Shown: one piece after another, positions 13,740 to 26,961 of the stretch
Layout of the letters: the number at the start of each line of letters is the position of its first letter
How positions within the stretch are numbered: position 1 is the first letter of the stretch
Assembly (NCBI RefSeq): GCF_018350175.1
Contig: NC_058368.1
Span: 57,848,001-57,912,000 of the forward strand
Direction: 5' to 3'
Origin: Felis catus
Lineage: Eukaryota
Length of the DNA: 64,000 bases
Program-made: the position numbers and the translations under genes
The notes under the pieces: model-generated
The model's input: the letters and a program-made list of their open reading frames with translations, nothing else
Told to the model about the DNA's origin: nothing
The model's database searches: none

Positions 13740-13943
13740 GGGGTGCCTGAGTGGCTCAGTCTGTTAAGTGTCTGACTTTGGCTCAGGTCATGATCTCACC
13801 TTTCATGAATTCAAGCCCCATGTCAGGCTCTGTGCTAACAGCTCAGAGTCTGGAGCCCACTTCAGAATTTGTTTCCCACTCTCTCTCTCTGCCCTTCCCC
13901 CATTCATACTCTGCCTCTCAAAAATGGATAAATGTTAAAAAAA
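13740..13943 (+). mobile_element. Can-SINE, feliform type
   Basis: Contains ACAGCTCAGAGTCTGGAGCC. TSD TTAAAAC(CA/TG)GTTTCT. Confidence 0.95.
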
Positions 13944-14313
13944 TTAAAACTGGTTTCTTCCCCTCAAATTTATTCATACTGGTCATATTTTATGTATGTG
14001 TGAATACATTTCTTCTCTAAAATCATGAAGCTCTTCAAAAATGTGAATTCATTATACATTTTACTGGGATAGCTTTTATCAATATTAAAGAAAACCTTTA
14101 TACCTACTATCATCCCTCAGAATCTGCTTGTTTTCAATAGACATATTAAAGTAATAGACTTCTGCATATGAGGCTTTTTTAATGTATATAGACATATTTT
14201 CTCAACCTGTCTCTGTTTTTTCAGTTCCCTACTTGTTTCCTCCTTCCTAGGGGCAGCTTACTGTGTCCAGCTTCTTCCCCAAAACGCATGATCTTAAAAT
14301 ATTTATTCCGTTT

Positions 14314-14505
14314 GGGGCACCTGGGTGGCTTAGTCAGTTGAGCATCGAACTCTTGATTTTGGCTCAGTTCATGACCCCTAGGTTGTGGGATCAAGCCCAG
14401 GGTATAGACTGTGCTAAGCATGGAGCTTGCTTGGGATTCTTTCTCTCTTTCCCTCTTCCTCTCTCCCCTGCTCATGCTCTGTCTGAAACATTAACAAAAT
14501 AGAAA
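14314..14505 (+). mobile_element. Can-SINE
   Basis: GGGGCACCTGGGTGGCTTAG head; degenerate TSD containing TATTC(C/G)GTTT. Confidence 0.93.
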
Positions 14506-14610
14506 AAGATATTATTCGGTTTTAAGATTTTTTTTTTGAGAATTTATCTACATTTTATTTAAAGTATTACATGAGATAGAGAGTTAAGATTTTTCTAAGA
14601 TTTCATTTTA

Positions 14611-14619
14611 AGGTTTATT

Positions 14620-14672
<53 letters not shown>

Positions 14673-14839
14673 ACAATTAAGGGAGGAGCAGAGAGAGAGG
14701 GAGACACAGAATCCAAAGCAGGCTCCACGACAGATGACAGCTCAGAGCCCAACGCAGGGCTCAAACTCGCAGACTGCGAGATCAGTCAGTACCTGAGGGA
14801 AAGTTGGATGTTTAACCAACTGAGCCAACCAGGCACCCT
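14611..14839 (-). mobile_element. Can-SINE, feliform type, with long (GA)n
   Basis: TSD TAA(G/A)ATTTCATTTTA. Sits at the 3' end of the adjacent L1. Confidence 0.93.
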
Positions 14840-15967
14840 TAAAATTTCATTTTAGACATTATGTTTACAGCAAAATGGAGAGGAAGGTACTGAGATTCCC
14901 CATTCACTCCCTGACCCCACACATCCATAGCTTTCTCCTATTATCAACATCTACCACCAGAGTGGGATTTTGTTACAATTGATATACTTACATTGATGTC
15001 ATAATTATCAAAGTCCATAGTATACATAAGGGTTCACTCTGGGTGTTGCACACTCTATCAGTTTGGACAAACATAGTGACACATATTCATCACTATAGTA
15101 TCATTCAGAGTATTTTCATTGCCCTAAAATATCTTTTTTCACCACCTATTTATCCTTCCTACCTCCCTAACCCAGGCAACTGCTGATCTTTTTACTATTT
15201 CCATAGTTTTCCTTTTTCAGAATGTCATATAGCTGGAATCAGACATTGTATAGCCGTTTCAGTTTGGCTTCTTTTACTACTAACATGCATTAAAATTTCC
15301 TTCATGTCATTTCATGACTTGATAGCTCATTTATTTTTAGCAACAAATAATATTCAATTCTCTGGATGTATAACAGTTTATTCATTTACCTACTGAAGAA
15401 CATCTTAGTTGTTTCCAAGTTTTGACACTAAACTTGGTAAACATCATGTGCTGGTTTTTATGAAGATACTAGTTTTCAACTCCTTTGCACAAATATTAAG
15501 GAGCACAATACTGAATCATATGATCAGAGTATTTTTAGCTTTGTAATAAAAACCAAAGGGGCTGTACCATTTTTCATTCCCACCAGAAATAAGTGAGAGT
15601 TCTTGTCTCTGTACATCCTCACCAGTATTTGGTGTCATTAGTGTGATGCATTTTGATAATTCTACTATTTGTGCAGTGGAATTTTTGTTGTTTTTATTAT
15701 TAACATTTTCCTTTATTAGCATTTTCCTGATAATGTGGTGTGGAGCATCTTTTCATGTGCTTATTTTATTTATCTTCTTTGCTGAGGTATCTTAAGTCTT
15801 TTTATTTTTATTGTCACTTGTGTTTTGATGTCTTATATAAGAAACTATTGCTTGATACAACATACTTCTATGCTTTCATATAAAAGTTTTCTAGTTTTAG
15901 CTATTATATTTAGGTCTGTGATTCACTTTTTTTAGGTATATTATAAAAGGTCGAGGAGCAAGTTCAC

Positions 15968-16164
15968 TTTCTTAAAGTTTATTTATTTAATCTGAGAGAG
16001 AGACAGAGAGAGAGAGAGAGAGAATCCCAGACTCTGTGCTACAAGTGCCGAGTCTGAAGTGGGGCTCAGTGTGGGGCTTGAACTCACAAACTGAGAGATG
16101 TTGATGAGTTGAGACAAGATCAAGAGTTGGACACTTAACTGACTGAGCCAGCCAGGTGCCCCCC
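15968..16164 (-). mobile_element. Can-SINE
   Basis: Antisense head CTGAGCCAGCCAGGTGCCCC, with (GA)n. Confidence 0.93.
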
Positions 16165-16515
16165 ATGAAGAAGTCTCCAACTTCATTCTTTTGTGTGGAT
16201 ATCCCATTGTCTCAGCATCATTTTGTTGAAAAACAATATTTCCCTTCTTAGTTGTCTTGGCACTGTTGCCAGAAATCAATTGACCATAAACATAAAGGTT
16301 TATTTCTGATCAATTCCAGCTTATTGATCTATATGCCATTCTTTATGTTGGCACCACACTGTCTTGATAGTTATTGTTTTATAGTAAGTTTTGGAATCAG
16401 AGAATGTGAGGACTCCAACTTTGTTCTTTTCAATGTTGTTTGGTCTCTCTGGGACCTTTGCATTTCCATGGGAACTTTAGCATTAGTTTACCAATTTCTG
16501 CAAGAAAGCTACCTG

Positions 16516-16687
16516 GGGGGTTCCTGAGGGACTCAGTTAGGCATCTGACTTTTGATTTTAGCTTAGGGTATGATCTCACATTTTGTGAGTTTGAGCCCAT
16601 ATCAGTCTCCACACTGACAGCATGGAGCTTGCTTGGGATTCTCTCCCTCTCTCACTCTGTCATCCTCCCCTGCATGTGTGCTGTCTC

Positions 16688-16726
<39 letters not shown>

Positions 16727-16745
16727 ATACACTTTTAAAAAAAAA
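16516..16745 (+). mobile_element. Can-SINE with (TAAA)n tail
   Basis: GGGGTTCCTGAGGGACTCAG head and (TAAA)n tail. Confidence 0.93.
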
Positions 16746-18223
16746 AGGCCAACTGAGATTATGATAGGGAATGCATCGAATCCATAGATCAATTTGAACA
16801 TTATGTGATTGTGATAATATTAAATCTCTTAATCAATGACCTTGTGATATCCTATTTATCTAGGGATTTATTTTGTAATTTGCTCAAATATATTTTGAGG
16901 TATTCATTGCACTTTTTGTGAAATTTGTTAAGTACTTTATTCTTTTGATGTTTCTGATGTTTAATAGAATTGTTGCCTTAATTTCATTTTTGGATTGTTC
17001 ACTGTGATTACGTAGAAATATATGTCATTTTCATATCAATCTTTTATCTTGCAATATTACTGAACTCATTTTATTAGTTAAGCAATTATTTTGTAGATTC
17101 TGTAGGGTTTTATATATACCATATCATGCCATCTGCAAATAAAAATAGTTTCACTTCTTTGTTTCTAATCTGGATGCCTCTAATGTTTTCTTTTTGCCTA
17201 ACTGTCAGGATAGAATTTCTAGAAGAAATGTTGAATAAAAGTAATGAGATGTTCTTTTTCAGTATGACAGTATTTCATTTTATTCTTAATTTGCTGTGTT
17301 TTTTTTATCATAAGTTAAAATTTTTTTATCATAAGTGTTTTTTTATCATAGTAAATAGATTTTTTCTGTGTCTTTTGAAACGGCCACATGCATTTTGCCT
17401 TCTATTCTGTTAATATGATATGTTCTATTGATTCATAAATTACTATTCTTGAGTGGTTTTTCATTCTGACTTTGTGCTGGTTGGACTGTGCTATACACCA
17501 AGATATACTTTAATACTGGCTGATCCGAATTGTTAACTCTACACTATTTATATGCTGTTTGCAGTGTCTACACTTATGGAGACATAATACCAGTAAAGCA
17601 GCAAATTTGGACTCAGGTCCAAAACATGTTTTCCAAAATATTTTTTGTTATTAGTAATAAGCAGGGTATTTTTAGCTCTTGCTGACTGGTATATCTGTTT
17701 CTCTTTTGGCTTAAAATTTGAGAGAGATGTGTGATTAATTGGTTATTTTCAAAATACTGTGAATCTGAGATTTCCAGTGGCTACTATGAATCTAAGGTAT
17801 AATCCCATATTTTCCAATTTTAGCAATAATTATATTGACTTGTCCTTTAGGTCAAGTTAAATATTGCCACAATTTAAATATTATCCTCATATAGCATCTA
17901 TTTAAAATCGGCCTTTAAGTAATATTCACTAAGCAGAAATTTTATTAAATTGAAGGATTGTTTATCCTGATCTACCCAAAAATAAATTTGTAGTTATCCC
18001 AAGTATTTCTACTTTTAGAGAACAGATATTTTCTATATTAGTAAAATTAAAGTTAAAATTTATATTTTAAATTTAACACAACTGAATGTTAGCGGGTTAC
18101 CACATTAAATATTAATTTTACTCTTATTAATTTTATAGTTTTCATTAAATAAATGTATAAAGTTGCATTAATTTTATAGCTTCACATTAATTTCTGCATA
18201 AGATATTTTAAAATGATGTTTCA

Positions 18224-18452
18224 GGGGTGCCTGGGTGGCTCAGTCAGTTAAACTTGGGGCTTCGGCTCAGGTCATGATCTCGTGGTTTGTGAGTTTGAGC
18301 CCCACGTCAAGTTCTGTGCTGACAGCTCAGAGCCTGGAGCCTGCTTTGGATTCTGTGTCTCCCTCTCTTTCTGCCCCCTCCCCCACTTGCGCTCTTTCTC
18401 TCTATCTCTCTCTGTCTCTCAAAAACAAATTAACATTAAAAACATAATAAAA
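18224..18452 (+). mobile_element. Can-SINE, feliform type
   Basis: TSD TAAAAT(G/C)ATGTTTCA. Confidence 0.96.
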
Positions 18453-19213
18453 TAAAATCATGTTTCATGTTTATAGATATTTAGTAACAATACACTTTGG
18501 CATAAATCAATGGGAACTATGTAAGATTTATTTTCTGTTTATTACAATTTCTTACATTAGTCAAATTTGAGAATCTGTGCGCTGAATAATCTAGACTATT
18601 TGTATATCTCTGTACTGGTCTGACTCTTTAGTGTTTTTTATTATGTTATCTGTTTCTTCCTCAGACTACCTGGTGGATATCTATTGCTCCTTTAGGGTGC
18701 AGTCCAAAAGCTACAGTCATTCTCCAGCTTCCCACTAATCTTTACAATTCAATCCACATGTGTGTCCATGTGTATGCAGGTGCGCACGTGTGCACACACA
18801 CGCACACACACACACACACACACACACTCATCTTTGATTTCTAGTCTATGTTCCTATTGTATACTTTAAAGTCTATATCTCTTACCCAATTCTCTTACTT
18901 ACTGTTAACTCGTTTATCTCTTTTTTATATTAAAATTTTCTTAACAACAAGCGCCACATCTCACTGTACTCTATATCCTCCCTTTTTAGCTTACTACTTA
19001 GTTCAGAGTACATTTTCTTGATTATGAGTTAAATTAAATAAACATTTGACCGGTATTTTGCAGTTTTAGAATGAAGTGCTCTTGAATGGTATTATATGCT
19101 TTTGCTTTTCATATATTATGGAATGTGTAGAAACTTTTTTTTTCCTGAAAATGCACGAAAGGGATATTCCTCTTTAGGATATTACATATTTCATTCTAAA
19201 TAGTCAGCTTTCT

Positions 19214-19425
19214 GGGGCGCCTGGGTGGCTCAGTCGGTTGAATGTCCGACTTCGGCTCAGGTCATGATCTCATGGTTAGTGAGTTCAAGCCCCACGTCGA
19301 GCTCAGTGCTGACAGCTCAGAGCCTGGAACCTGCTTTGGATTCTGTGCCTCCCTCTGTCTACCCCTTCCCCGCTCATGCTCTGTCTCTCTCTGTCTCTCA
19401 AAGATGAATAAACGTTAAAAAATTT
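19214..19425 (+). mobile_element. Can-SINE, feliform type
   Basis: Perfect 17-bp TSD TAAATAGTCAGCTTTCT (19197-19213 / 19426-19442). Confidence 0.97.
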
Positions 19426-20132
19426 TAAATAGTCAGCTTTCTAATAAGGAATTAATGCCATTTTATAAGCTAGAAGACGTTATGACTCAAAAAAGACTAA
19501 ATTCTCTTTACACTATTCATTTTAGTTTTGGAAAGCTTTGCTATTCCTACTCATGATAATAAGAGAAAATCCAATTCTTATTTATAGATAACTTAATGAT
19601 TTCACTTTTCTCATTGCAACTGAGCTTATTTCCCTAATGACAGAACACTATTTTAAAGTAAATTACCATTCCTACTAATGACATCATCTCTATTTACACA
19701 ATGAAGCAATCAGTAAACACGTTTTCTCTCCTATTATGTGTCAATCAATAAGCTATCTACCAGATACAAAAATGAAAGTTATATATTTTTTGTGCATCAG
19801 AATGAAAAGAACAAATAAACACCTATGAAATACAGAAATATGCACAGAGAATAAGGGCCAAAGATCAGTTGTAGTGTAACCTGAGCAAGGAACATTTTGC
19901 TGTTGTTTTGTTTTTGTTCTTTAGTTTGTTTTAACCTGAATTAGACTGAAGGATATGAAGCAATTAAGGAAGTCAAGAGCCATGAAGTAGAGCATTGAAG
20001 ATGGAATAACAAGTGCAAAGGCACTGAAGAGAGAGAAGTTGATGTGTTAAAAAACTGTAATTGGTTTTCTGTCTGTAGCTGAGATGTAAGGTACTCTTGG
20101 TGAGAAAGTAAACATTAGCAAAGGGGAGTCAG

Positions 20133-20619
20133 TGCAGTAGGTTTAATAATGCCGTCCCACAATATATGCATGCCCTAACCCTAGAAATCCGTGAATATTT
20201 CATTTTATGGGCCAAAGATGTTGCAGATGTGATTAAGTTAAGGATCTTGAGATGAGTTTTACCAGATTACCTATGCATTCCCTAAATGCAATCACATATA
20301 TCCTCTAAAAAGGGAGGTAGAGAAAAAAAATTTTACACACACAGAGGAGAGGATAATTTGGCCACCAAGGCAGAAATTGTGATGCAACCACAAGCCAAGG
20401 GAGGTTTATGGTCACCAGAAGCTGAAAGAGGCAAGGAATGGATTCTCTAGAGCATCTGTGGGGATTGGGGGAGGGGCACAGCTCTGTTGTCACCTTGATT
20501 TCAGCCAAGTGGAACTAGTTTTGGACTTGTGGCTTCCAGAACCGGAAGAAAATAAATTTTTGTTATTTTAAAACCTCTAATTTGTGCTAATTTGCTACAG
20601 CAACCCCAGGAAATAAACA
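20133..20619 (+). mobile_element. MaLR solo LTR (MLT1C-like), within an antisense L2 relic
   Basis: TG...CA ends; TTGCAGATGTGATTAAGTTAAGGATCTTGAGATG; CCAAGCCAAGG...CCAGAAGCTG. 5-bp flanks GTCAG / GTTGG. Confidence 0.88.
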
Positions 20620-21551
20620 GTTGGTAAGATCCACATCCTGTGGGAACTTGCAGGATAAGCTAAACAATTGTATTGGGAACCTCTGGTTAATAAAAAAAAT
20701 GTAATAGAGATTTTATAATCATAAAAATTAAGTAAGTAACAAAAATATATATTCAATTACAGTCTAAATATATACTCCTACCATGTATGTTTAATAAAAA
20801 TCAAGTAATTTTATATTAATCATTCTATCTACCTATATATATATATAAATTAATAATTTATTATGTGTCTGTGTGCTTTGTTTTACTGAAAATGTTGTGA
20901 AATTTAGACTTATTAGGTCATTTTTTTCTTTTGAAAATTTTATCACATCTATCCATATGCCACAGGAAAATGTACACACAGACAAAATACCATACACAAA
21001 TTTCAGGCCTTAAAAAATTTGATGAAACAAAACCATCCACTCCATGGGAATACATAAAAACTTTGGTTAAGACAGACTTTAAAACAAGAAATCAGTGTTA
21101 AGAGGAAGAGTGAACAGAGCAGAGAGCAAATGAGCACACTGTATCATTTGCTGATAGTGAGTTAAAGTGAAAAGCAATTTGGTTTTACTCCCCTTCTAAC
21201 TAGCAACATGATTTCTGAGAAGCTCCTTTAAGGTTTTCCTTTCAAATTCTCATTTATACATTACTGCAGCTCCATAGGTATTGTGTAAGGCCTGTTTTGA
21301 TTTGAATCCTCTACTTTTCTCTAACTACAATGTTCTACTTTTCTAGCTAGAGCACAACCAGATAATAATTTTAGAACAACTTAACTATTCAGGAAATGTC
21401 GACAAAGTGCAATGCAGAGTTAGAGCAGCCAAGAAAGAGGTGAACTGTGAAACGATTGGCATTGTTATTCTTTTCTATGAGTTGGGAGAATATTGTTAGA
21501 TTTTGACATATAAACTTACTTCCTAAAAGTATGTGCGTGCGTTGCAATGTA

Positions 21552-21710
21552 AGAACAAACTGAGGGTTACTGTTGGAGTTGTGGAAGGCGGATGGGCTAA
21601 ATGGGTAAGGGACACTAAAGAATCTACTCCTGAAATCATTGTTGCACTATATGCTAACTAATTTGGATGTAAATTAAAAAAAAAAGAAATAAAATTTTAA
21701 AAGATAAAAA
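21552..21710 (+). mobile_element. Short carnivore L1 3' end
   Basis: GAACAAACTGAGGGTT...CTACTCCTGAAATCATTGTTGCACTATATGCTAACTAA followed by an A tail. Confidence 0.85.
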
Positions 21711-24700
21711 TATATTATATATATTTTATTGCATATAATATATGTATTGCAATTTCAGTATCATTACCCATAATATGAGATGATGACATAGATTATATAT
21801 TATTATTATTATATGAGGTTATATATGCATATATAACTTGTGAATCACTCTATATACTATCTGATCCCTGCTCATCAGGCAGATGTCTAATTCCACCTTG
21901 GTATGTGTTAGTTATTGAAAGTCTGTTTCATGGGCACAGATTCTACCAACGCCAATGGTCAGTCATGTTGAAAGTAATCTCTCTTGAAATAAATGTGCGA
22001 ACTTAGCTAGCTGAGATGTGCATAATTCTCAATAGTATCAGTCCCTTGAGTTAAAATAACTCAGGATATCAATTCCCTACAAATGCTGTATCTAAAAATT
22101 CAAAAAAGAACAGCATTCATTTAACATTGATTACATTTCTGCATTCTCACATTTTCCTATATGTTGACCTATATGTTTCCTATATGTTGACTAAAAGGGT
22201 GAATTAGAATGTACAGACTATATTGGCTCTATTGTTTCTCTACAGTGGTTAGCATAGGGCAATAGATCTTATTTGTTTTGATTTGATTTGATTTGATTTG
22301 TTTTGATCTTATTTGATGATTTTGAATTATTCTAGCTTTTCCTCACCTCATATTATGGGGAACAATAATGAAAATGCAATGGTCTTTATAAAATGGCTTG
22401 AAATATTTATTTTGATTAGAAAAAATATTCATACACCAAGAATGAAGATTTTAATGTTTATAAACAGTGCACTTCATGAAATCTTGTATTGTTCATGTAA
22501 ATTTTGTATGGTGTTACTTAGGCTGTGTTTCTTAAGTGGTGGCAATCAACTATAGCACAGTTTTGAAACTATTTATGGAATTAAATTTTACCTGATGTAT
22601 ATACCACATGTCAGAAATATATACATTCACTAATGCTTCAATAAACTGTGCCAGCATTTGCTAAATTAAATTAATATAATATGTGCATTGTCTATAAAGG
22701 TTAAGATGTTTTTACCTATTTTAATAAAATAATTTTCATACTTTATACAAATTTAATTTTGTAAACCAATTAATATCCTAATATCCTGATATCAAAAATA
22801 ATATCAAAATATCATATAGCTAGCTCCTGTAGTAAATAATCACCTCCCATTAATCATTTGGAGTGTCCCTTTTGTAATTCCAAATTTTCACATTTGGAGT
22901 GGGTACACTCAAACATATTATTACTACATAGCTATAATAAGATTATGAAACTACAAAATGGATGAAATCATGAGATAAAATGAATCAGAATTCTGTGCCT
23001 GCCATTTTAAATGTATTGTTCTTCAATACGAACATTATATTTAATCCATTTGGCAGATTGAGAACTTGGGTAAAGATAGGTTATATGATTTGTCTATCAC
23101 ACAAAGGAAACTTTCTGATCCAACAATTGCCTGTAGTTCTGAAGACTCCAGCTACTGGAATTCATTTCAGTTATGATAAATGAAATAAGAATGTTTATTT
23201 ATTTCTGACCTCTCTTATTTACAGAACAAGTGAACAATGTAGGTGGAGAACACAAGAGATATATTGTAACAGACAGCATGCATATATGAATCAATATGTC
23301 CAACACACCTACATTCTAAAGCTCTTACTGGTTCAATCAAAATACTTCACTCAAGCATATTGACAATTCTGATTCTGTGGATAAATTTGTACTGCCTATG
23401 CCATAGACACCAATCACCTCTTTGAACCAAGTGAGGATATAAATCAGCAAGCAAAGACAAGTTTTCAAAGCTTGTTCCAGACAGAACTTCAACAAACCAA
23501 CAAAGCTGTAAGCAGCAAAGATATTACATGGATCGCCCTGCTGTGCAACAAACAGAGGAGGTCGCTTTGTTCAACTCGGGCTTTGAGCTGACCTGGGGCT
23601 TAATAAGCAGTCACAGTGCCAGGTTTTGCAAACTTCAACACTGACCACAAATCAAAAAATAGTCTTCCCTGGCATCCATGATTTTAGCTAGAGCTAAACA
23701 TATGGGCAGTTAGAAAGGACAGTGTCATAGTTCTGTGGGCAAGAAGAGCACATTATCTAGACATATGTACATGTAAGTATTTTTGTAATATTCCAAATAT
23801 ATTAAATGTAAATATTTTTTGTAAATTTCCAAGTATATTAAAGTATTCCAAATAAATATTCCAAATATTTATACTCAACAAAATGTACATAATTATTTAA
23901 GGGATTGAAGATGCAGAAAAAAGGAATAGAAGTCAGTTTGAGGACTTACTAAATTCGGGGACAAAATCTCAGATTTTCAGATTAAAGTGAACAGTAAGAA
24001 AGAAATTCACATTTTAGAATTTGGGATGATTGCAATAGAAGATGGTACTATCTTCAATATTAACTCAGAAGAATGGATATCTGTTTTATCTTATGTTTTA
24101 CTCCCCCATTTATTAGAAAAATCTCTGCCCGGCATATATGGAAATAGGTTCATTGCTTTTCATTGTAGTCACCTTATTGAAAACCATCAACTGAACTGCC
24201 AGCTGTACACCTATGTTATCCTTATTTACCGTGTTTATAATTTTGATTACCAAACTTGTATTACATTGCAATTATCTTGGAGTGACATATTAAAAAATTT
24301 AAAAGCACATTGTGAGGCAAATGTTGTATTGTTAAAAGTCTCTAAATATAAAATGGTGCAGATGATTAAATTCTGAATCACAATTTGAGATGGTAGACAA
24401 AAAATAATTATTTTAATTTCTGGGGATATCATTTGGAACTTTAATACATGAGAGATATTCCTCACTCAGAGCAATGACTTCTTCAGATTTGTTCCATATG
24501 CATGCATGCAATGCCTTTACTTCAGTCTCAATTGTTTGAAATATTTCTTCCAAATTTAAGTCATGGTTAGAATCATTGTTATCATAATTACATTTTTTCT
24601 GCCTTCAAAAATATTCACTCTCCAACATTCTGCTCTTTTTCATAAAATTCACATTTATTTAAAAAGTTTAAACAATGATGTCACAAATCAGTTAAAGTGA

Positions 24701-24763
24701 ATTAATCAATTTAAAGTTGGAATTATGTAGTACTCAAAGCATTCCATTAAAGAGAGAAAATCA

Positions 24764-24977
24764 GGGGTGCCTGGGTGGCTTAGTTGGTTAAGCGTCTAAA
24801 TATTGATTTTTGAGGCAGGTCGTGATCTCACAGTTTTTAAGTTAGAGCCCCGAGCCGGTCTTCCCGCTGGGTGAAGGAGCCTCAAGTGGAGTTTACATGG
24901 GATGATTCCCCCTCTGCCCCTCCCAGCACCCACACTCTTTCTCTCTCTCTTAATATAAATAGATAAAATTTAAAAAA
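24764..24977 (+). mobile_element. Can-SINE
   Basis: GGGGTGCCTGGGTGGCTTAG head; TSD ending AAAATCA. Confidence 0.92.
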
Positions 24978-25230
24978 AAAGACAAAATCAGAATTCTAAC
25001 TCTACCAATAAAGTTATTTGTGACCTTTTTGAAGTCCTTATTTACTCTTTCTGGAACCCACTATACAAGATGATCATACCATACTTCATGATGTCTAAAA
25101 CATCTTAGAAATCTAAAATTTGACTCTTTGCTATCGTTTAAAATTTATTTGCTAGGAGCACAAAATCTTTACTACCTAGAATTGATTGTATTAAACACTG
25201 AAAAGTCACATTAAAGAGCTACATTGATTG

Positions 25231-25454
25231 GGGGTGCCTGGGTGACTCAGTCATTAGGTGTCTGACTCTTGGTTTCAGCTCAGGTCATGATCATCTGGTT
25301 TAGGAGTTCGAGCGCTGCCTCAGGGTCTGTGCTGGCAGCATGAAGCCTGCTTGAGATTCTCTCTCTCCCTCCTCTGTCTCTGCCCCTCCCCCACTTGCAC
25401 TCTCTCTCTCTCTCTCTCTGTCTCTCAAAATAAATAAATAAATAAACTGAAAAA
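25231..25454 (+). mobile_element. Can-SINE
   Basis: TSD AAAGAGCTACATTG(A/G)TTG. Confidence 0.95.
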
Positions 25455-25552
25455 AAAGAGCTACATTGGTTGATTTATCTCATGATGAGAATACTAAGGT
25501 CAGTATTTAATATAAAATGAGCACATGGCTTTCTTTCAACCTCTGGAAAATA

Positions 25553-25583
<31 letters not shown>

Positions 25584-26016
25584 ATTCATTTGTGAGGAAA
25601 GATTTTCTTTACTTACCCAAATGTAGAAGAGAAATTCTGCCCTTGGATGGCTTTGCTTCTGCATTTCACAGAATGTGGGAATACATAGTTTATAATACAC
25701 AAAACAGCATTAGCATATAAAATTACATAAAATAATGCAATTTTGTTGTTCATAGATTATGTGTGTGTATGTGTCTTTAATGTTATGAAGGGAGATATAT
25801 CATGTTCTTAATTTTCATTATCAGTAGTAATAGAAAAAATAATACCTTTTAAATAAATATTTTATTGAAATAGTTTTCTTCACTCTCTGAGTAAATCTTT
25901 AAATTAAATTTAATAATAACACTTATGTAAATATGGGAAATGTTTATGATATAGATAAAAAATAATACTTAAGGGAAAGCCAGCCACTTGACTAAGCATC
26001 AGAAAAGCTGATTCTA

Positions 26017-26379
26017 ATTACTCAGCCATCAAAAAGAATGAAATCTTGCCATTTTCAATGATGTAGATGGAGCCAGAGTGCATTATGCTAAGAGAAAACA
26101 AGTCAGTCAGAGAAAGACAAATACCATATGATTTCATTCATTTGTGGAATTTAGGAAACAAAACAAATAAAGGGGCAAAGATGGGGGTGGGAAAAAGGGT
26201 GGCAAACCATAACAGACTCAACTATAGAGAACAAACTGAAGGTTGCTGGTGTTGTGGTATTAAGAGTGCACTTGGGATGAGCACTGGGTGTTATTAATTC
26301 TACTCCTGAAACCAATATTACAGTATATGTTAACCAGAATTTAACCAAATACTTGAAACAAACAACAACAACAACAACA
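26017..26379 (+). mobile_element. Carnivore L1 3' end with (CAA)n tail
   Basis: ATTACTCAGCCATCAAAAAGAATGAAATCTTGCCATT...AGTCAGTCAGAGAAAGACAAATACCATATG. Confidence 0.9.
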
Positions 26380-26625
26380 TGACCCACTATTACTGGTTTT
26401 GAAGATAGAGGAAAAGGGGTCATGAGTCAAAGAGTGTGTGTAACCTCTAAAAGCTGGAAAGGCTCAGGAAATGGATTATATTCTAGAACCTCCAGAAGGA
26501 ACACAGCTCTGTTGACACCTCGATTTTAACCCAGTGAGACCCATTTGGGACTTCTGACCTACCAGGAAAATAAAGTTGTGTTGTTTTAAACCATGAAATA
26601 ATTTGTTACAGCAGCAATAAATAGT
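26380..26625 (+). mobile_element. MaLR LTR 3' half (MLT1D-like)
   Basis: TTTGAAGATAGAGG...CTAGAACCTCCAGAAGGAACACAGC...ACTTCTGACCT...TTTGTTACAGCAGCAATA. Confidence 0.8.
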
Positions 26626-26744
26626 TAGAAAAATATATAGATACCGATTTTGAAATAGATTAAAAATAACACAAGCATTATGTTAAATAATTTATTTAAA
26701 ACTAGATTGAAATATCTTTAGGAAGTCATACAGCATATGGTTTC

Positions 26745-26961
26745 TTTCTTTCTTTCTCTCTTTTTTTTTTTTTTTTTGAGTTTACTTATTTTGAGAGAGA
26801 GAGGGAGTCAGCAGGAGAGGGGCAGCGAGAGAGGATCCCAAGCAAGCTCCACACTTTGACTGCAGAACCTGACAGGGAGTTCAATCCCAAGAACAGAGAG
26901 ATCATGATCTGAGCCAGTACCAAGAGTCAGACGCTTAACACACTGAACCAAATAGGTGCCC
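26745..26961 (-). mobile_element. Can-SINE inserted in an old L1 relic
   Basis: TSD CAGCATATG(G/A)TT. Confidence 0.92.

Larger units (their letters stand above)
14850..17430 (-). mobile_element. Old L1 (L1MC1-like 3' end plus deleted ORF2 pieces), interrupted by two SINEs
   Basis: ACAGCAAAATGGAGAGGAAGGTAC...TATCAACATCTACCACCAGAGTGG...AGGGTTCACTCTGGGTGTTG matches the L1MC1 3' end. Antisense ORF2 motifs continue to about 17430; may be more than one element. Confidence 0.8.

Noticed and set aside
23987..24376. 129-aa ORF
   Set aside because: GTG start, no recognisable motif; plausible by chance
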